Origin: Macrostomum lignano
Lineage: Eukaryota
NCBI GenBank assembly: GCA_002269645.1
Contig: NIVC01003005.1
Coordinates: forward strand, 62,001-126,000
Length of the DNA stretch: 64,000 bases
Reading direction: 5' to 3'
The position numbers and the translations under genes are program-made. Position 1 is the stretch's first letter. Each line of letters opens with the position of its first letter. Shown piece by piece: positions 12,810 to 26,125 of this stretch. A model generated the notes under the pieces. It saw only the letters and a list, made by a program, of their open reading frames with translations, did no database searches and was not told the DNA's origin.

Positions 12810-13135
12810 GCCATATCTAAACGGAATCTTGATAGTGACTCAACGGAAACTTAACGATGACTTAACTAAATCTTAATGATGACTCAACTAAATCTTAATG
12901 ATGGCTCAACTAAATCTTAATGATGACTCAACGGAAACTTAACGATGACTTAACTAAATCTTAATGATGACTCAACTAAATCTTAATGATGACTCAACTA
13001 AATCTTAATGATGACTCAACGGAAACTTAACGATGACTTAACTAAATCTTAATGATGACTCAACTAAATCTTAATGATGGCTCAACGGAATCTGATGATG
13101 TCTCGATGGAATCTTGATGGTGGCTAAAATAGGCT
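12810..13135. repeat. Degenerate ~22-bp tandem repeat (GGAATCTTGATGATGGCTCAAC family)
   Basis: Imperfect copies; same family as 14870-15720. Confidence 0.85.
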
Positions 13136-13764
13136 CGTAGTCTTGACAATGGCTCCACGGAATCTGGACAGTTATAATCTCTCAAGCCTTCATTCATCAT
13201 CCAGACGCCGTCGCCTCCTTCAACGGGTGACACCAGGGGACGAGGAACACCTAAACGAAAGTTTTTACTGTCACGCGAATCGAACTTAAGATAAAAAATG
13301 CTATTACAATCCACATGTAGGTACAATAGCAACAATCATTATGTTTGCGCTAATTTTCCTTGTTTTTTATTGTTAATACTTCGTCGTGGCTCGTAGTAAT
13401 AAGATTTTAAGAACAGAAACCTCTGTTTACTCAACTATCAGCGGGTTGGGTGCCCTTGTACTTTTTTAGTTTGACTTGGGTGCGTCAGCGAGTCTCTGCT
13501 GAGATGCTTTTAACTCGGTATTCTAGATAATTATCCTACCTAATAAGTCTCTGGGTCGTCACGTTTGTCGTGTCAATCCCTCTATACTTTGACTTTGAAA
13601 TCGCAAAGTTTTTATGAGCCTTAGTTGAAGTCAGCCATTAATGTTTTGTGTTCTTTGTATAAGTTCGTGGCTAGCCTGATAATTAGTGCTTTCGGAATAG
13701 AGATGCTGTGTCAGTAATCATCAAAATTAAATTAATTCATTTCACAGAAAAATCAATCCATTTG

Positions 13765-14035
13765 AATTCTCATCTCACAAACATATCGATCTGTTTAAAA
13801 TCTCATCTCACAGAGAGATATCGGTCTATTTGAAATCTCATCTCACAGAGACAAGTCGATCTATTTGAAATCTCATCTCACAGAGACAAGTCGATCTATT
13901 TGAAATCTCATCTCACGGAGACAAGTCGATCTATTCGAAATCTCATCTCACGGAGACAAGTCGATTTACTTGAAATCTCATCTCACGGAGACAAGTCGAT
14001 CTATTTGAAATCTCATCTCTGGAGATTTTAAATAG
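13765..14035. repeat. 35-bp minisatellite (~7 copies)
   Basis: Unit GAAATCTCATCTCACAGAGACAAGTCGATCTATTT, period 35 (13832, 13867...). Confidence 0.9.
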
Positions 14036-14869
14036 ATCTATCAGCATTCCACTTGTCCGGTACTCTGATTGATCTCAACTAGCAATTTAGGCACCGTTTA
14101 GGCATGGCTGGAGCTGCGAGTCTGCAATTGCAAAGCAGGGCTGCAAGCAGAATTTACAAGCTTGGATGCAGTAAAAGCATTTAAATGTATTTTTTCTGGA
14201 ATTAAAATACTTTTCCTCCAAAAAACACAATTTATTTGTAGAACTATCAATTAAACAGATCAATTAATCTTGTCGCTAAATCATCACGACATCATTCTGA
14301 GAGCTGCATCCTCATTGAAGCACTACAAATTTATTTTAATGTTGCTTCTCAGTTGAGCACAGCACTACACAAAGAGTCGCTGCATGCAGTCAGTTGAGTA
14401 TTTTTTCTAAATTCATCCGCCTGAGTGGAGTGTTGAGTGCCCACAGCTGCAAAATCGGACGCACGGAGCTTTGAAGGAATTGAAAGAAAGATGGTTTTGT
14501 TGGGATCAGATCCTTGCGTGTGTACAATGATTTTCTTTCTGTTGTGTGCGATTTCGCAGGGTCCGTGGGCATTGGTTAACTGACTGACTTGACTGATTTT
14601 TTACAATCACTTAGAATGCATCAAAGTTATTAAAATGATTATTGATTCCCAAAAATCACACAACAGAATATAACTGACTCAGCGAATAAAAGTGACTCAG
14701 CGACATCGTGATAAAAACTTTATGATCTTGCTAATTAAACATATAATCTCGAAAATAACCCAAATAATCTTGATGGCTAACATAATCTGATTAGGACTGA
14801 CATCATCATGATAATCACTTAACAGAATCTTGACATTAATTTGAAAGAATCCTTAAAATGGCAAGACAC

Positions 14870-15720
14870 AATCTTGATGATGGCTAAACAGAAACTTGAT
14901 GATGGCTCATCGGAATTCTAATAGTGTCTCAATGGAAACTTGATGATGGCTCATCGGAATCCTAATAGTGACTCAATGGAACTTGATGATGGCTTATCGG
15001 AATCCTAATAGTGACTCAATGGAAACTTGATGATGGCTCATCGGAATCCTAATAGTGAGTCAATGGAAACTTAATGATGGCTCAACGGAATCTTGATTGA
15101 TGACTAAACGGAATCTTGATAGTGACTCAACAGAAACTTGATGATGGCTCAACGGAATCTTGATTGATGACTAAACGGAATCTTGATAGTAGCTCAATGG
15201 AAACTTGATGATGTCTCGATGGAACTTCAGTGATGACTCAACAGAATCTTAATTATATCTAAACGGAATCTTGATAGTGACTCAATGGAAACTTGATGAT
15301 GGCTCAACAGAAACTTGATGATGGCTCATCGGAATCTTAATAGTGACTCAAAAGAAACTCGATGATGGCTCAATGGAATCTTGATTGATGACTAAACGGA
15401 ATCTTGATAGTGACTCAAAAGAAACTTGATGGCTCAACATAATCTGATAATGGCTCAACGGAATCTTGATGATGTCCCAATAGAATCTTGATTGATGACT
15501 AAACGGGATTTGATGTCTCGATAATTATATCTGAACGGAATCTTGATAGTGACTCAACGGAAACTTAATGATGGCTCAACGGAATCTTGATGATGTCTCA
15601 ATCGAAACTGATGATGGTTGATGATGGTTGATGATTGATGGTTGATGATGGCTCAACGGAATCTTGATGATGTCTCAATCGAAACTTGATGATGGCTCAA
15701 CGGAATCTCGACAGTTATAA
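14870..15720. repeat. Degenerate ~22-bp tandem repeat (GGAATCTTGATGATGGCTCAAC family)
   Basis: Many imperfect copies. Confidence 0.88.
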
Positions 15721-18335
15721 TCGAATCTTACTTATAACCTTGATAATTAATATTGATGTTCGCTCATGTATATACTCACTTCACTATAACTATGCTTGCG
15801 TATCATTGTTTTTATTATTAACGTCAAAAATACATGTAAATCAGATAGGTCCATACATTGAGGCAAACGCTTTTATAAACCATTCAGGTAAGAATTAAGC
15901 CATCTAAAAAAGTAAAAAAGTGTAAAAAGCCCCCGATTTCCATCAATCGAAACCAACTCATTGTAGCATAGAGGAAGTAATGAATTAATCAACTTCATCG
16001 AAATTCACTGAGAGTATTATTAGCCACTTAACTGTGTCCCAAGGTTCTAAAGTCCTCCACTTCCACTAGAAGAAGTTGCCTCATCCTTTAGCATCCGCTT
16101 CTGGCTCTCTAGAGAAAAAAATGAATGACTGACTCTGTCAGGGGAAACAATGCGCTATTCCTATTGCCGCCATCGAGTGGGGGGGACTTCCTAACACAAA
16201 GGCTGTACTCACTCAAGCCCCTCCAGCAGATGCGCCCCACTCAAAGCATCCTGTTTGCCGACTAAATTTGAAAGAGAGCTGTCCATTTTGTCATTGTTTT
16301 CTACCTTCCTGTTGGACCTCTACTCGTATGAAAGGGGGGGGCGCAATTCATGTTTTATAGTAGCCATGCTTTTCTTAGAATATCGGCCTAAAATAAATAG
16401 CCCTTTCTTAGAATCTTTTCATTCAAGTAGATGAACGACTTCTAAAAAAATTTCTCTGGATTATTAACAGCTTTTTTACAATATAGCCTATAGATACCTG
16501 AAGTTCTGCCTTACAATTTAATTTATCGCGAATTATGTAGGATCAGATTCAATGCTTAATCTTCCCCTATAACTAACTTTTTGTAACTGGAGTCGGTTTT
16601 TTTAATCATTAGACCATTCAACCTGACTGGGAATATTGCCCTAAAACATCGTAATTAACTGCTTCTTTCTTGGAATCTCGATCTAGAAAATTCATATTTC
16701 TAAGAAACTTCTCCTAGATATAGCATTTCTTAGAATCGTGCCTTTTGTCCATTTGTCGTTTTATAGAAATCTTATTTTTTATGATATCATCTAACCAGAG
16801 ATTTGATTCTTACCAAGATTACATGTATCTGTCATACGAGATCGAACCAGTGAACCTTATTCAACTCGCAAGGGATATTCTTGACAATTTCTCTTGAAGC
16901 ATAACTTATTGACAAAACCCCAGTGTGTATGAAAAAAGCACAGAAAATCCCCAAGCTAGGGGGCCTAACACTTGGCAGCCGTGCACCAAGTCATCAAAGA
17001 ATTTATTTTCGCAAGAGCGCCCGACAGCAGAGCACAGCAAGGAAATGAGCAGATGGAGCTATCTGTGCATCTATCATGACAGGAAGTCTATCCCTGAATA
17101 TCTATTTGGGAAGCAGCTAATCCCAAATCCCTAATGTAGGTGGGATTTCCAATCCCGGCCCCCTAATTCCTGTTGCTGATTGAGAATGAGGTTTCGAGGC
17201 GAAAGATGTGGAGAAGGGTCGAGGAGAGAGCTAGCTGAGATCCCATCTGTTTTTCATTTTCCCCGTGATCTTAAATGAACTTCTTTCTTCCTTTTCTACA
17301 GCGATCGGGTCCCAATACTTGCTAAGCGTGTGTGTGTGAACAGATCTAACCGTTTGTAAATAATAAACACTTCTCTATCAAACTTAAGACGCTTGATTCA
17401 AAATATTATTGTCGGTTGATAAACCTTTTTGAGTCGATTTTTCGAAAATAATTTATTGAACAGGAACTCATGATTATATTGACTTTTAAACTTTCAAACC
17501 GTCAAATTCCGGGTGCCACCTTGAGTATACAGCACAGGGGTGTGACACTCAGTGTGACACAGAGTTCGCTGCTATACATCTTACACTATAAGCTGCGCTG
17601 CTCTGGGAAACGCTGGGAGAATTTAGATTAGGCATGCAGTGACTTCATCTCAACCGATTCTGTATTGTTTTTTATTTCTACTTTTTACCTCTTCTGTCTC
17701 TATTACTTACAGATGTAATGCAATTTAAGAATAGCTTAGTTATAAGTAAATAGCATCAAATCCAAATCTGCAGAATCGATCGATCTTATCATCAATGAAA
17801 GCAGTCTAAAACCTAGAGCCAGCTGTAGAGACCCATGCTGTGCTTTGTTTTAATCTAATTTTTCTGCACCAATTCTGACGCACAGGGCGCGCCGGTAGTG
17901 CAGTGCTTTTCAAACAAATCAAGTTGGTCAGTGGCGCGTACTAAACTTAGTCACTACTGATCATACTCGCCAAAATTAAATATCTATATCTGTGTATGAA
18001 ATTGAACCGGAAAGATTCCGCATGATTCCTATGATTTGAAAGTCACCGTTAATATTGTACGCTTACTTACGACTTATCTAAAAAGGTTTATTATAACTAG
18101 AAAAGCGTATTTTCTAGAAAAGAAATTGTAAACACTAAAGAAAAGAATTAATTCTAAACGATGCTTCTGTTTCTTTATTAACAATAACTACGAGTATGAG
18201 TCAATAGCCGAGCCAATAATAGCATAGCAAAAATATATAGTAGGCAATAAGTTAACTTTTAATTTCCGGAATTTGGTCGAATCTGCATCTTTTGTAGTAT
18301 TCCTTTCATAAGATATTGACTCAATTGATTAGTAA

Positions 18336-18672
18336 TAGGCTTTTCATATTACCGATTCCAGAACCAGAATCGGTTCGAAGCTTTTCATATTGTCTGTTCC
18401 GTTTTCAGAATCGGTTCCAGAACCGTGATCCGATTCTGGAATTCGGTTCGAGAAATTTTCTCGATCCGTTGTCGCATTATTATAGAAACAAAAGGACGAA
18501 TTTGAAATAACATTTCAAACATTTCGAAAAGAATTCTGGTTTTTCGATTTTAGATAAAAATGTTTTATCTTTTGAGAAGTAATATAATTTGACAGAAATC
18601 GAATTAAAAAATTCGACGCTTTTCATTTTCCTACCGATTTTGGTTCTGGAACCGATCTTCGTGAAAAGCCTA
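18336..18672. mobile_element. MITE with TA/TAA target duplication (Tc1/mariner- or PIF/Harbinger-type)
   Basis: TIR TAGGCTTTTCA ... TGAAAAGCCTA flanked by TAA on both sides. Subterminal inverted TTCCAGAACC(A/G)AATCG motifs. Confidence 0.7.
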
Positions 18673-19206
18673 TAATAGGCTAAAGTAAAAAATCATTCAT
18701 TAACTAAATGACTTAAAACAACAAAAATACTTTCAAGAGTCTACTAGACTTGTTTGCACAAACATTCACAACGGCTATGCATTTAAAAATGTTTATTGAA
18801 AATTAAATTTATTCAAGTAAGCAGCGCCAATATTTTCCTGGACAACAAAGTTACAAAAAATGGTTCGGAAACTAACTATGGCTTGTAATGGACTGTACTT
18901 TTATTCAGAAGTGTTTTAAATATGCTCGTACAAAAATTCAACTATTATAACAAAAGCGACAGAAAATGCACGAATCCGTTTAAGCATGAAATTTCGATTG
19001 ATTTATCGTCGCAAATTGTTAGGATAATTAAAATATGAGCGCACTTTTTAGCAAGATTTTTGGGTCAAAGAAGAAGATCAAAATATCCAAGGTATTAAGC
19101 ATCAATTTCAATAGATATCTTAATTATCTATCTCAAACAGTCTGACGCACCTTAGGGTCCTTCAACGCGAGTAAATAATTTACTGACATTCAGGCGGCTC
19201 GGGTGG

Positions 19207-19362
19207 CTATACAAAAGAAGAACTGAACAAATTTATCGTTTTTGAATGCTGCTGTTGACGCTGCGATGGAGTCTGCTGCTGCTTCTTGCACAGCTGCCGG
19301 GTCTCGCGGCGGTCAACTTGCAGACTGCCGCATCTTCGCCAGTTTGGCGTTGATGCTGTCGA

Positions 19363-19408
<46 letters not shown>

Positions 19409-19604
19409 AACAGTTGGTAGCTGTGCCTGTCTGAGAGAGTTTCCATCGCCTGATAGTCCTCTAGAAGATGAGAATCCGACTCGGCAGGGCATCGCTGCTG
19501 CTGCTGCTGCCAGATTTCTGTAGGGTAGCTGCAGTCCTCGCTGGCCGGAATTCGGCAGTCTGCGGATCGGTCGAGGAGGCGCGGAGTCCACTTGTGGCCT
19601 TTTG
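19207..19604 (-). CDS. Protocadherin terminal exon 6 (poly-Q; ends SSSFV*); alternative acceptor at 19661 is in the same frame
   Basis: Phase-1 acceptor catccAG|CA continues into an open frame ...HLLEDYQAMETLSDRHSYQLL(Q)14KST...NLFSSSFV-TAG. Full spliced protein ~1150 aa after frameshift correction. Confidence 0.6.
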
Positions 19605-19751
19605 CTGGATGTTTAGTTGGGGCGGTACATGTGGAAAGGAGTTCAGAAAGTACTTGGCAGACTGAGGTTCTCAGCGTTCAGCTAGAGATGCCAGATAATG
19701 TAGTGAAAGACTCCTTGAAAGACACCATACAAAAAGACAAAGGACACTCAC

Positions 19752-19881
19752 ACATGTTGGCTTCTCCGCTACCAACTGACGGCCTCATGGTTTTGACTTG
19801 ATGCGGAGTGCCATGCGGCATCTGCTGGCCTGAGTAGTGCTCCATCACCGCTGACTGAGGCATCGGCAGTGTGGCGAATCT
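19752..19881 (-). CDS. Protocadherin exon 5 (cytoplasmic)
   Basis: ctgactcattcgcAG acceptor, phase 0, RFATLPMPQSAVMEHYSGQQMPHG...EANM. Donor T|GTGAGT, phase 1. Confidence 0.65.
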
Positions 19882-20429
19882 CTGCGAATGAGTCAGTGTT
19901 TGTGTCAGATCTATCGATCGGTCGTCAATCTATCGATTTTGGCGCTGATTCTTTCCCGGCAAGTTTCAAATGTTGCAGCAACATTCGTTAACAATTGGCT
20001 ATTTCTTTACCCTGGGTGTCAATCTAAATGGGAGAAATTTGAGAAGCATATTTTGCTATGGCTGAGTTCCATTTGCGTGAGAGCCGGGGCAGCTGTGCGT
20101 TTTCAACTGTGTATTGGCGAAATTGGATACCGCGTGCAGGACAGTGAAGTGATGCGCACAAAGGTCTTGAATCAAGGCTTTATTTAAGCACATTTTAATT
20201 CAAAAATTATGTTTTATAGTTTTGTAAGGAATACAATATTATTGTAGCCATATTCAAACACTTTGCCTGGCTTTGCAACCTCAATTCTTTTTTATGAGTG
20301 CACTTCCAAGCACGTGTGTTTATCTCTTGATGTTTGACTAGTTTAAATATTTACTGATGGAATTGCGATTTTATCCGTTGACAAAACAGACTTTTGTGAC
20401 ACTTTTGCCAGAGTAAGAGAGGAAAAAGT

Positions 20430-20880
20430 CAGACAAGGAGAAGTTCAAAGGGAGAGAGTCAGAAAAGAAGAGAGTCACGAGAGAGCATGGAGAGAATCAG
20501 ACGGAGTTAGTCAGAGAGGAAGAGAGTCAGACAAGGAGAGAGTCAGACAGGAAGAGAGTTGGACAGGGAGATAGACAGGGAGAGAGTCAGACAGGAAGAG
20601 AGTCAGACAGGAAGAGAGTCAGACAAGAAGAGAGTCAGACAGGAAGAGAGTCAGACAGGAAGAGAGTCAGACAAGAAGAGAGTCAGACAGGAAGAGAGTC
20701 AGACAAGACGAGAGTCAGACAGGAAGAGAGTCAGACAGGAAGAGAGTCAGACAAGAAGAGAGTCAGACAAGAAGAGAGTCAGACAGGAAGAGAGTCAGAC
20801 AGGAAGAGAGTCAGACAGGAAGAGAGTCAGACAAGAAGAGAGTCAGACAAAGAGAGTCAGACAGGGAGAGTCGGTGGAGA
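20430..20880. repeat. 16-bp minisatellite GAGAGTCAGACAGGAA (protocadherin intron 4)
   Basis: Direct observation. Confidence 0.93.
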
Positions 20881-21744
20881 GTCAGAGAGGAAGGTAGAGA
20901 GCCAGCAGGGACAGTGATGAGGATATAAAATCAACACAACAAAGGGGTTTGAGTGGGAAAGTAGGCACATGACTTGCAATACAATAGCATCAATTCGGGT
21001 AAGTGTCTTTGATGTCATGTTTGAATACACGAAACTTGCCCGTAAAACAACTCAAGACCACACACCAAAGAAACGCACGCACTGACACAACCGTCAAGTA
21101 GCATTTTAACGGGACGGATCTGTGTTTGCACAGTTTGCATTTCTGTTCTTCATACTCTCGTCCCACCCGTGGGAATTGAGAAATTGTTGCTCCCCTCAAA
21201 AGACGGATCGAGAGCGCTGGTGGCTGACTGCATGGCTCTTTGCTCGCGGGTGAAATTCTGAGAGGCTTTCTCAAGTGGGATCTTCTGCTTCTTTTGTGGG
21301 GAGGAGGGTTAGAAATGCCCGCCATGCGCAGGCTCCGGGGAGGAGGGGGTCATCCATCAGTGGCTCAATGCCGTTCTTAATTCTCCTCGCTTAATCCCGG
21401 CGTTTCATATTTGTTTCAGAGGCTGCAGGGCTGGGATTTTTTATCGCTCTATGAGTAATCGGTGCTGGACGACTCTGAACTTATAGTTTAAGCATTCCAG
21501 ACTCCATGGATTTATGTGTAACATCATGCCAGCTCTGGTAGGGGTGGAAGAGTCAACTTCTAAAAGAAGACATTTTATGAGCTATTTTAAAAGAAGAGAT
21601 TACCAGATGCACGGATTAAAAAGTTCAAGATTTAGGTTTGATCGCTAGAGCAATCTTTTAGGAATAAAGCAATAACATGATCCAGATAAACAGATAATGT
21701 GTGGGATAGGAGTGCCTTAATGTCATCATCTAGAGTCTTAAAAT

Positions 21745-21958
21745 GGTACACCTCAGACTCAAAATGACACACACAAACACACACACCTCAGACTCAAAAT
21801 GACACACACACACACACACACACCTCAGACTCAAAATGACACACACACACCTCAGACTCAAAATGACACACACAAACACACACCTCAGACTCAAAATGAC
21901 ACACACACACACACCTCAGACTCAAAATGACACACACACACACACCTCAGACTCAAAA

Positions 21959-22010
<52 letters not shown>
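21745..22010. repeat. ~31-33-bp repeat CCTCAGACTCAAAATGA(CA)n plus (CA)n (protocadherin intron 4)
   Basis: Direct observation. Confidence 0.92.
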
Positions 22011-22083
22011 ACACCTCCAAATGACACGCACCTCAAACGCACTAGGAATCCAGCAGGGCTGGTTGCTTTGCAAATCGTCTCAC

Positions 22084-22767
22084 CTTCAAGCTCATGCCAG
22101 ACTGCCCGTCAATGCTGTCAGATCTGTTTTTAGCAGCAGTTGCCATGGACTGTGTGTGCCGCTGGCCTCTTTGCTGTTGCTGTTGCTGCTGCTGCTGCTG
22201 TTGAGAAGATCTTCTCATCCTCAACCACAACAGCCCGACCAGAAACACCACAGCCAGAAGAGCCCCCAGCAAAGCCAGACAGACAATTAGAATTAAGCTT
22301 TTCTGGTACTGCTGCTGCTGCTGCTGCTGGTTGAACCGCCTGTCACTGTCCGAACGACCTCCACCGGCGAGGTCGAAGCGGCCTCGACCTGCCAGTTCGC
22401 TGCCGGAGTCGGTCGGCAGAGCCGGCAGCTGCCGTACGGCCACAGTGAGAACGGCGGCCGACCTCAGCTGAGGCGAGCCGTGATCGGCAGCCTCGATGAT
22501 CAGCGGGTAGCGGCCGCAGTTGGCTATGCTCAACTGCCTGGCCAGGGTGAGCTGTCCCGTGTCCGGGTGCAGGCTGAACAGACCGGCACTGTTGCCGCCC
22601 AGAAGGCGGAACTGGACCCTTGAATTGGACGTCTCCTCGTCAGCGTCTTTAGCCTGAAGGTCGGCCACTGGCGCCCCGGCAGCGTTGAAACAGGAGGTGT
22701 CCACGATCGTGGTGTTGTCGGAATTTGGGTAGATGAATCTTGGCGGATTGTCGTTCAGGTCAGTCAC
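22084..22767 (-). CDS. Protocadherin exon 4 (EC7, transmembrane helix, start of cytoplasmic tail)
   Basis: Acceptor ctgcAG|GTG ACT GAC CTG AAC GAC. TM LILIVCLALLGALLAVVFLVGLLWL followed by RMRR. Donor AAG|GTGAGA at 22084/22083. Confidence 0.9.
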
Positions 22768-22849
22768 CTGCAGTTGTGCGGTTGCTAAGGCTTCAAAAAA
22801 TTGTGCGTAAGACGCAGAGGCATCCTAGGATACAAAATGGCATCGGATG

Positions 22850-23145
22850 TTTCAAAATGGCACACTACGATTCAAAATGGCGTTCCATGATTCAAAATGA
22901 CACTCAGTGGTTCGAAATGGCATTCCATGATTCAAAATGGCACCTGATGATTCAAAATGGCACCCATGATTCAAAATGGCACCCAGTGATTCAAAATGAC
23001 ACCCAGTGATTCAAAATGGTACTCTATGATTCAAAATGGCACTCAGTAATTCAAAATGACACCCAGTGATTCAAAATGGTACTCTATGATTCAAAATGGC
23101 ACCCAGTGATTCAAAATGGCATGTCATGATATTCAAAATGACACT
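22850..23145. repeat. 20-bp minisatellite TGATTCAAAATGGCACCCAG (protocadherin intron 3)
   Basis: Direct observation. Confidence 0.92.
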
Positions 23146-23819
23146 CCAAGAAACAAATTCGCATCCATGGGATAACAAAGTGGCACCACCTGAATATTGA
23201 GTAACAACTCTGAATAAAATCTTTCTTTCAGAAACTCTTAAAAGTTCAAACATCCACTATTGCCACAGCCGCTACCCTACACCAGCTCTCGAATATTGGC
23301 TGGGTGTCCACTTGCATGCACCGAGCACACGCACAAAAAAAGTTTTCATTCCCTCATCGTCCACCCAGACTCCCTCCGTCTCCCCGGCATCACTCGTACT
23401 AACTCTGGAGCTCTCGCAGAATTTTATCAATTTTGCCAAGGCGTCTGCCTTCAGACTTGCTGTGAGAATCCTCACTTGCAGAGAGAACATATGAAGGCAT
23501 GAATTAAGTGGCAACCGCACATGCTTGGAATAGATTAACTGTCCCCGGGCTGACAGCTTTTTGCTTCTTCTAGGAGAGACAGGATTCGGCGGAAAAATTT
23601 CAATTTTGCCGCCTCTCTGAGCCGGTTAACTCCGGGGTCAAGAGCGACAGTTGAGGACAGCTCGGTTATCTGCTTGGTGACACAAATTGACAGAAATTAT
23701 CGACTGAGCTTTCCTGGGGCTGAGTATTTTTTGGAATTGTTGGTTTAAGAGAGAGGCGAGTTTGGTGAAGCACCTTCGAGGAAGCTGAAGGATTTGAAGA
23801 GTGATAACCAGTGAGACTG

Positions 23820-24656
23820 AAGAGTCTGAAGGATCAGGGGATGGTAACTAAGCCTGAAGGATCAGAAGGATCAGGGAGAGGATGGCAACTAAGCCTGAAG
23901 GATCTGAAGGATCAGGGAGAGGATGGTAACTAAGCCTGAAGGATCAGAAGGATCAGGGAGAGGATGGCAACTAAGCCTGAAGGATCTGAAGGATCAGGGA
24001 GAGGATGGTAACTAAGCCTGAAGGATCAGAAGGATCAGGGAGGGGGCGGCAACTAAGCCTGAAGGATCAGAAGGATCAGGGAGAGGATGGTAACTAAGCC
24101 TGAAGGATCAGAAGGATCAGGGAGGGGGCGGCAACTAAGCCTGAAGGATCAGAAGGATCAGGGAGAGGATGGCAACTAAGCCTGAAGGATCAGAAGGATC
24201 AGGGAGAGGATGGCAACTAAGCCTGAAGGATCTGAAGGATCTGGGAGGGGATGGCAACTAAGCCTGAAGGATCTGAAGGATCAGGGAGAGGATGGCAACT
24301 AAGCCTGAAGGATCTGAAGGATCTGCGAGGGGATATGGTAACTAAGCCTGAAGGATCTGAAGGATCTGCGAGGGGATATGGTAACTAAGCCTGAAGGATC
24401 TGAAGGATCTGCGAGGGGATATGGTAACTAAGCCTGAAGTATCTGAAGGATCAGGGAGGGGATATGGTAACTAAGCCTGAAGGATCTGAAGGATCTGCGA
24501 GGGGATATGGTAACTAAGCCTGAAGTGTCTGAAGGATCTGCGAGGGGATATGGTAACTAAGCCTGAAGTATCTGAAGGATCTGCGAGGGATATGGTAACT
24601 AAGCCTGAAGTATCTGAAGGATCTGCGAGGGGATATGGTAACTAAGCCTGAAGGAT
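23820..24656. repeat. 41-bp minisatellite GGTAACTAAGCCTGAAGGATCAGAAGGATCAGGGAGAGGAT (protocadherin intron 3)
   Basis: About 20 copies with a variant gradient along the array. Confidence 0.95.
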
Positions 24657-25011
24657 CCCACTAAAAAACTTAACCATAGCATGTATCACCTTTTAGATAA
24701 TTATCGGGATAATTTGCCGCTAAGCATGAGTCGATGGGAGGCTGGGGGAAAGTGTGAGAAATGTGACAGACTGCCTCTCCTAAAAGCAATAATCTGGTAG
24801 ATCGTGACACGTGGCAGATAACAGACGAACAAATTTGCAATCATAATCTCAGGTGCTGGATGAGAGACGACCCGCTAGGAAGAGCCATAGGGGTCAGCTG
24901 CCACGTGGGGCGTGACTATCCAAATGAATTGGAGGGCTGCTGGGTGTGCTTCTCAATGAGCCCAGATGCAAAAAGCCAGCAGATTCCCAATCTTCATCAC
25001 CTTCTCTCCGC

Positions 25012-25043
<32 letters not shown>

Positions 25044-25448
25044 TCCTTCCAAGTCCCCATAAAAAGTATTTGTGATTCACTGTGGCAGGATGCGGGGAGT
25101 TGCACAGGAGCTTCCTACTGAGCAGTCTAAAGAATCTGCATTGAATTGGGGGCAAGGCCTCAGTTGGGGGGTACTGAAAAATCCTATCACGAAGAGTTAG
25201 CTATGGGATTTAATAACAGCGTACAATTATTGCAAACTGTGTGCCAAGTTGTACACTTGTACACCACCTGGTATACAAAATTGCAACTCAAAATTTAACA
25301 ATCAGATTGAAGCCAGACTTTGTTATAATGGCCAGCTGAAAAGTTCTCTAATTTAAAATTGTCACCTCATTGATTTTTTATACACTTTTTATAAAGTTCA
25401 TTCTGATATTTCAAAGTGCTAAAGATATTTACGACGACACAGACGACG

Positions 25449-26125
25449 CTACAGAGTCACTCATTTGGCGCCGCAGAGTCACTCATTTGGCGCGCTACAG
25501 AGTCACTCATTTGGCGCGCTACAGTCACTCATTTGGCGCGCTACAGTCACTCATTTGGCGCCACAGAGTCACTCATTTGGCGCGCTACAGAGTCACTCAT
25601 TTGGCGCGCTACAGAGTCACTCATTTGGCGCCACAGAGTCACTCATTTGGCGCGCTACAGAGTCACTCATTTGGCGCCACAGAGTCACTCATTTGGCGCG
25701 CTACAGAGTCACTCTTTTGGCGCCACAGAGTCACTAATTTGGTGCGCTACAGAGTCACTCATTTGGCGCCACAGAGTCACTCATTTGGCGCGCTACAGAG
25801 TCACTCATTTGGCGCCACAGAGTCACTCATTTGGCGCGCTACAGAGTCACTCATTTGGTGCGCTACAGAGTCACTCATTTGGCGCCACGGAGTCACTCAT
25901 TTGGCGCCACAGAGTCACTCATTTGGCGCGCTACATAGTCACTCATTTGGTGCGCTACAGAGTCACTCATTTGGCGCCACAGAGTCACTCATTTGGCGCC
26001 ACAGAGTCACTCATTTGGTGCGCTACAGAGTCACTCATTTGGCGCGCTACAGAGTCACTCATTTGGCGCCACAGAGTCACTCATTTGGCGCCACAGAGTC
26101 ACTCATTTGGCGCCACAGAGTCACT
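25449..26125. repeat. 22/24-bp minisatellite AGAGTCACTCATTTGGCGC(CAC|GCTAC) (protocadherin intron 3)
   Basis: Direct observation; explains the spurious ORFs at 25370-26212. Confidence 0.95.

Noticed and set aside
14350-14580. GC-richer island with an ATG-less open frame on - (NAHGPCEIAHNRKK...)
   Set aside because: No homology and no clear splice pair; insufficient support.
19242-19591. Poly-Ala ORFs on both strands
   Set aside because: Alternative frames of the CAG tract. Splice phase selects the poly-Q frame ending SSFV.
20990-21325. 111-aa - strand ORF as a protocadherin tail exon
   Set aside because: No convincing acceptor in the required phase and no motif. The 19881 exon fits better.
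23820-24656. Regular arrays resembling CRISPR (also 25449-26125, 34670-35215, 46370-47430)
   Set aside because: Head-to-tail repeats without unique spacers, no cas genes, eukaryotic intronic context.
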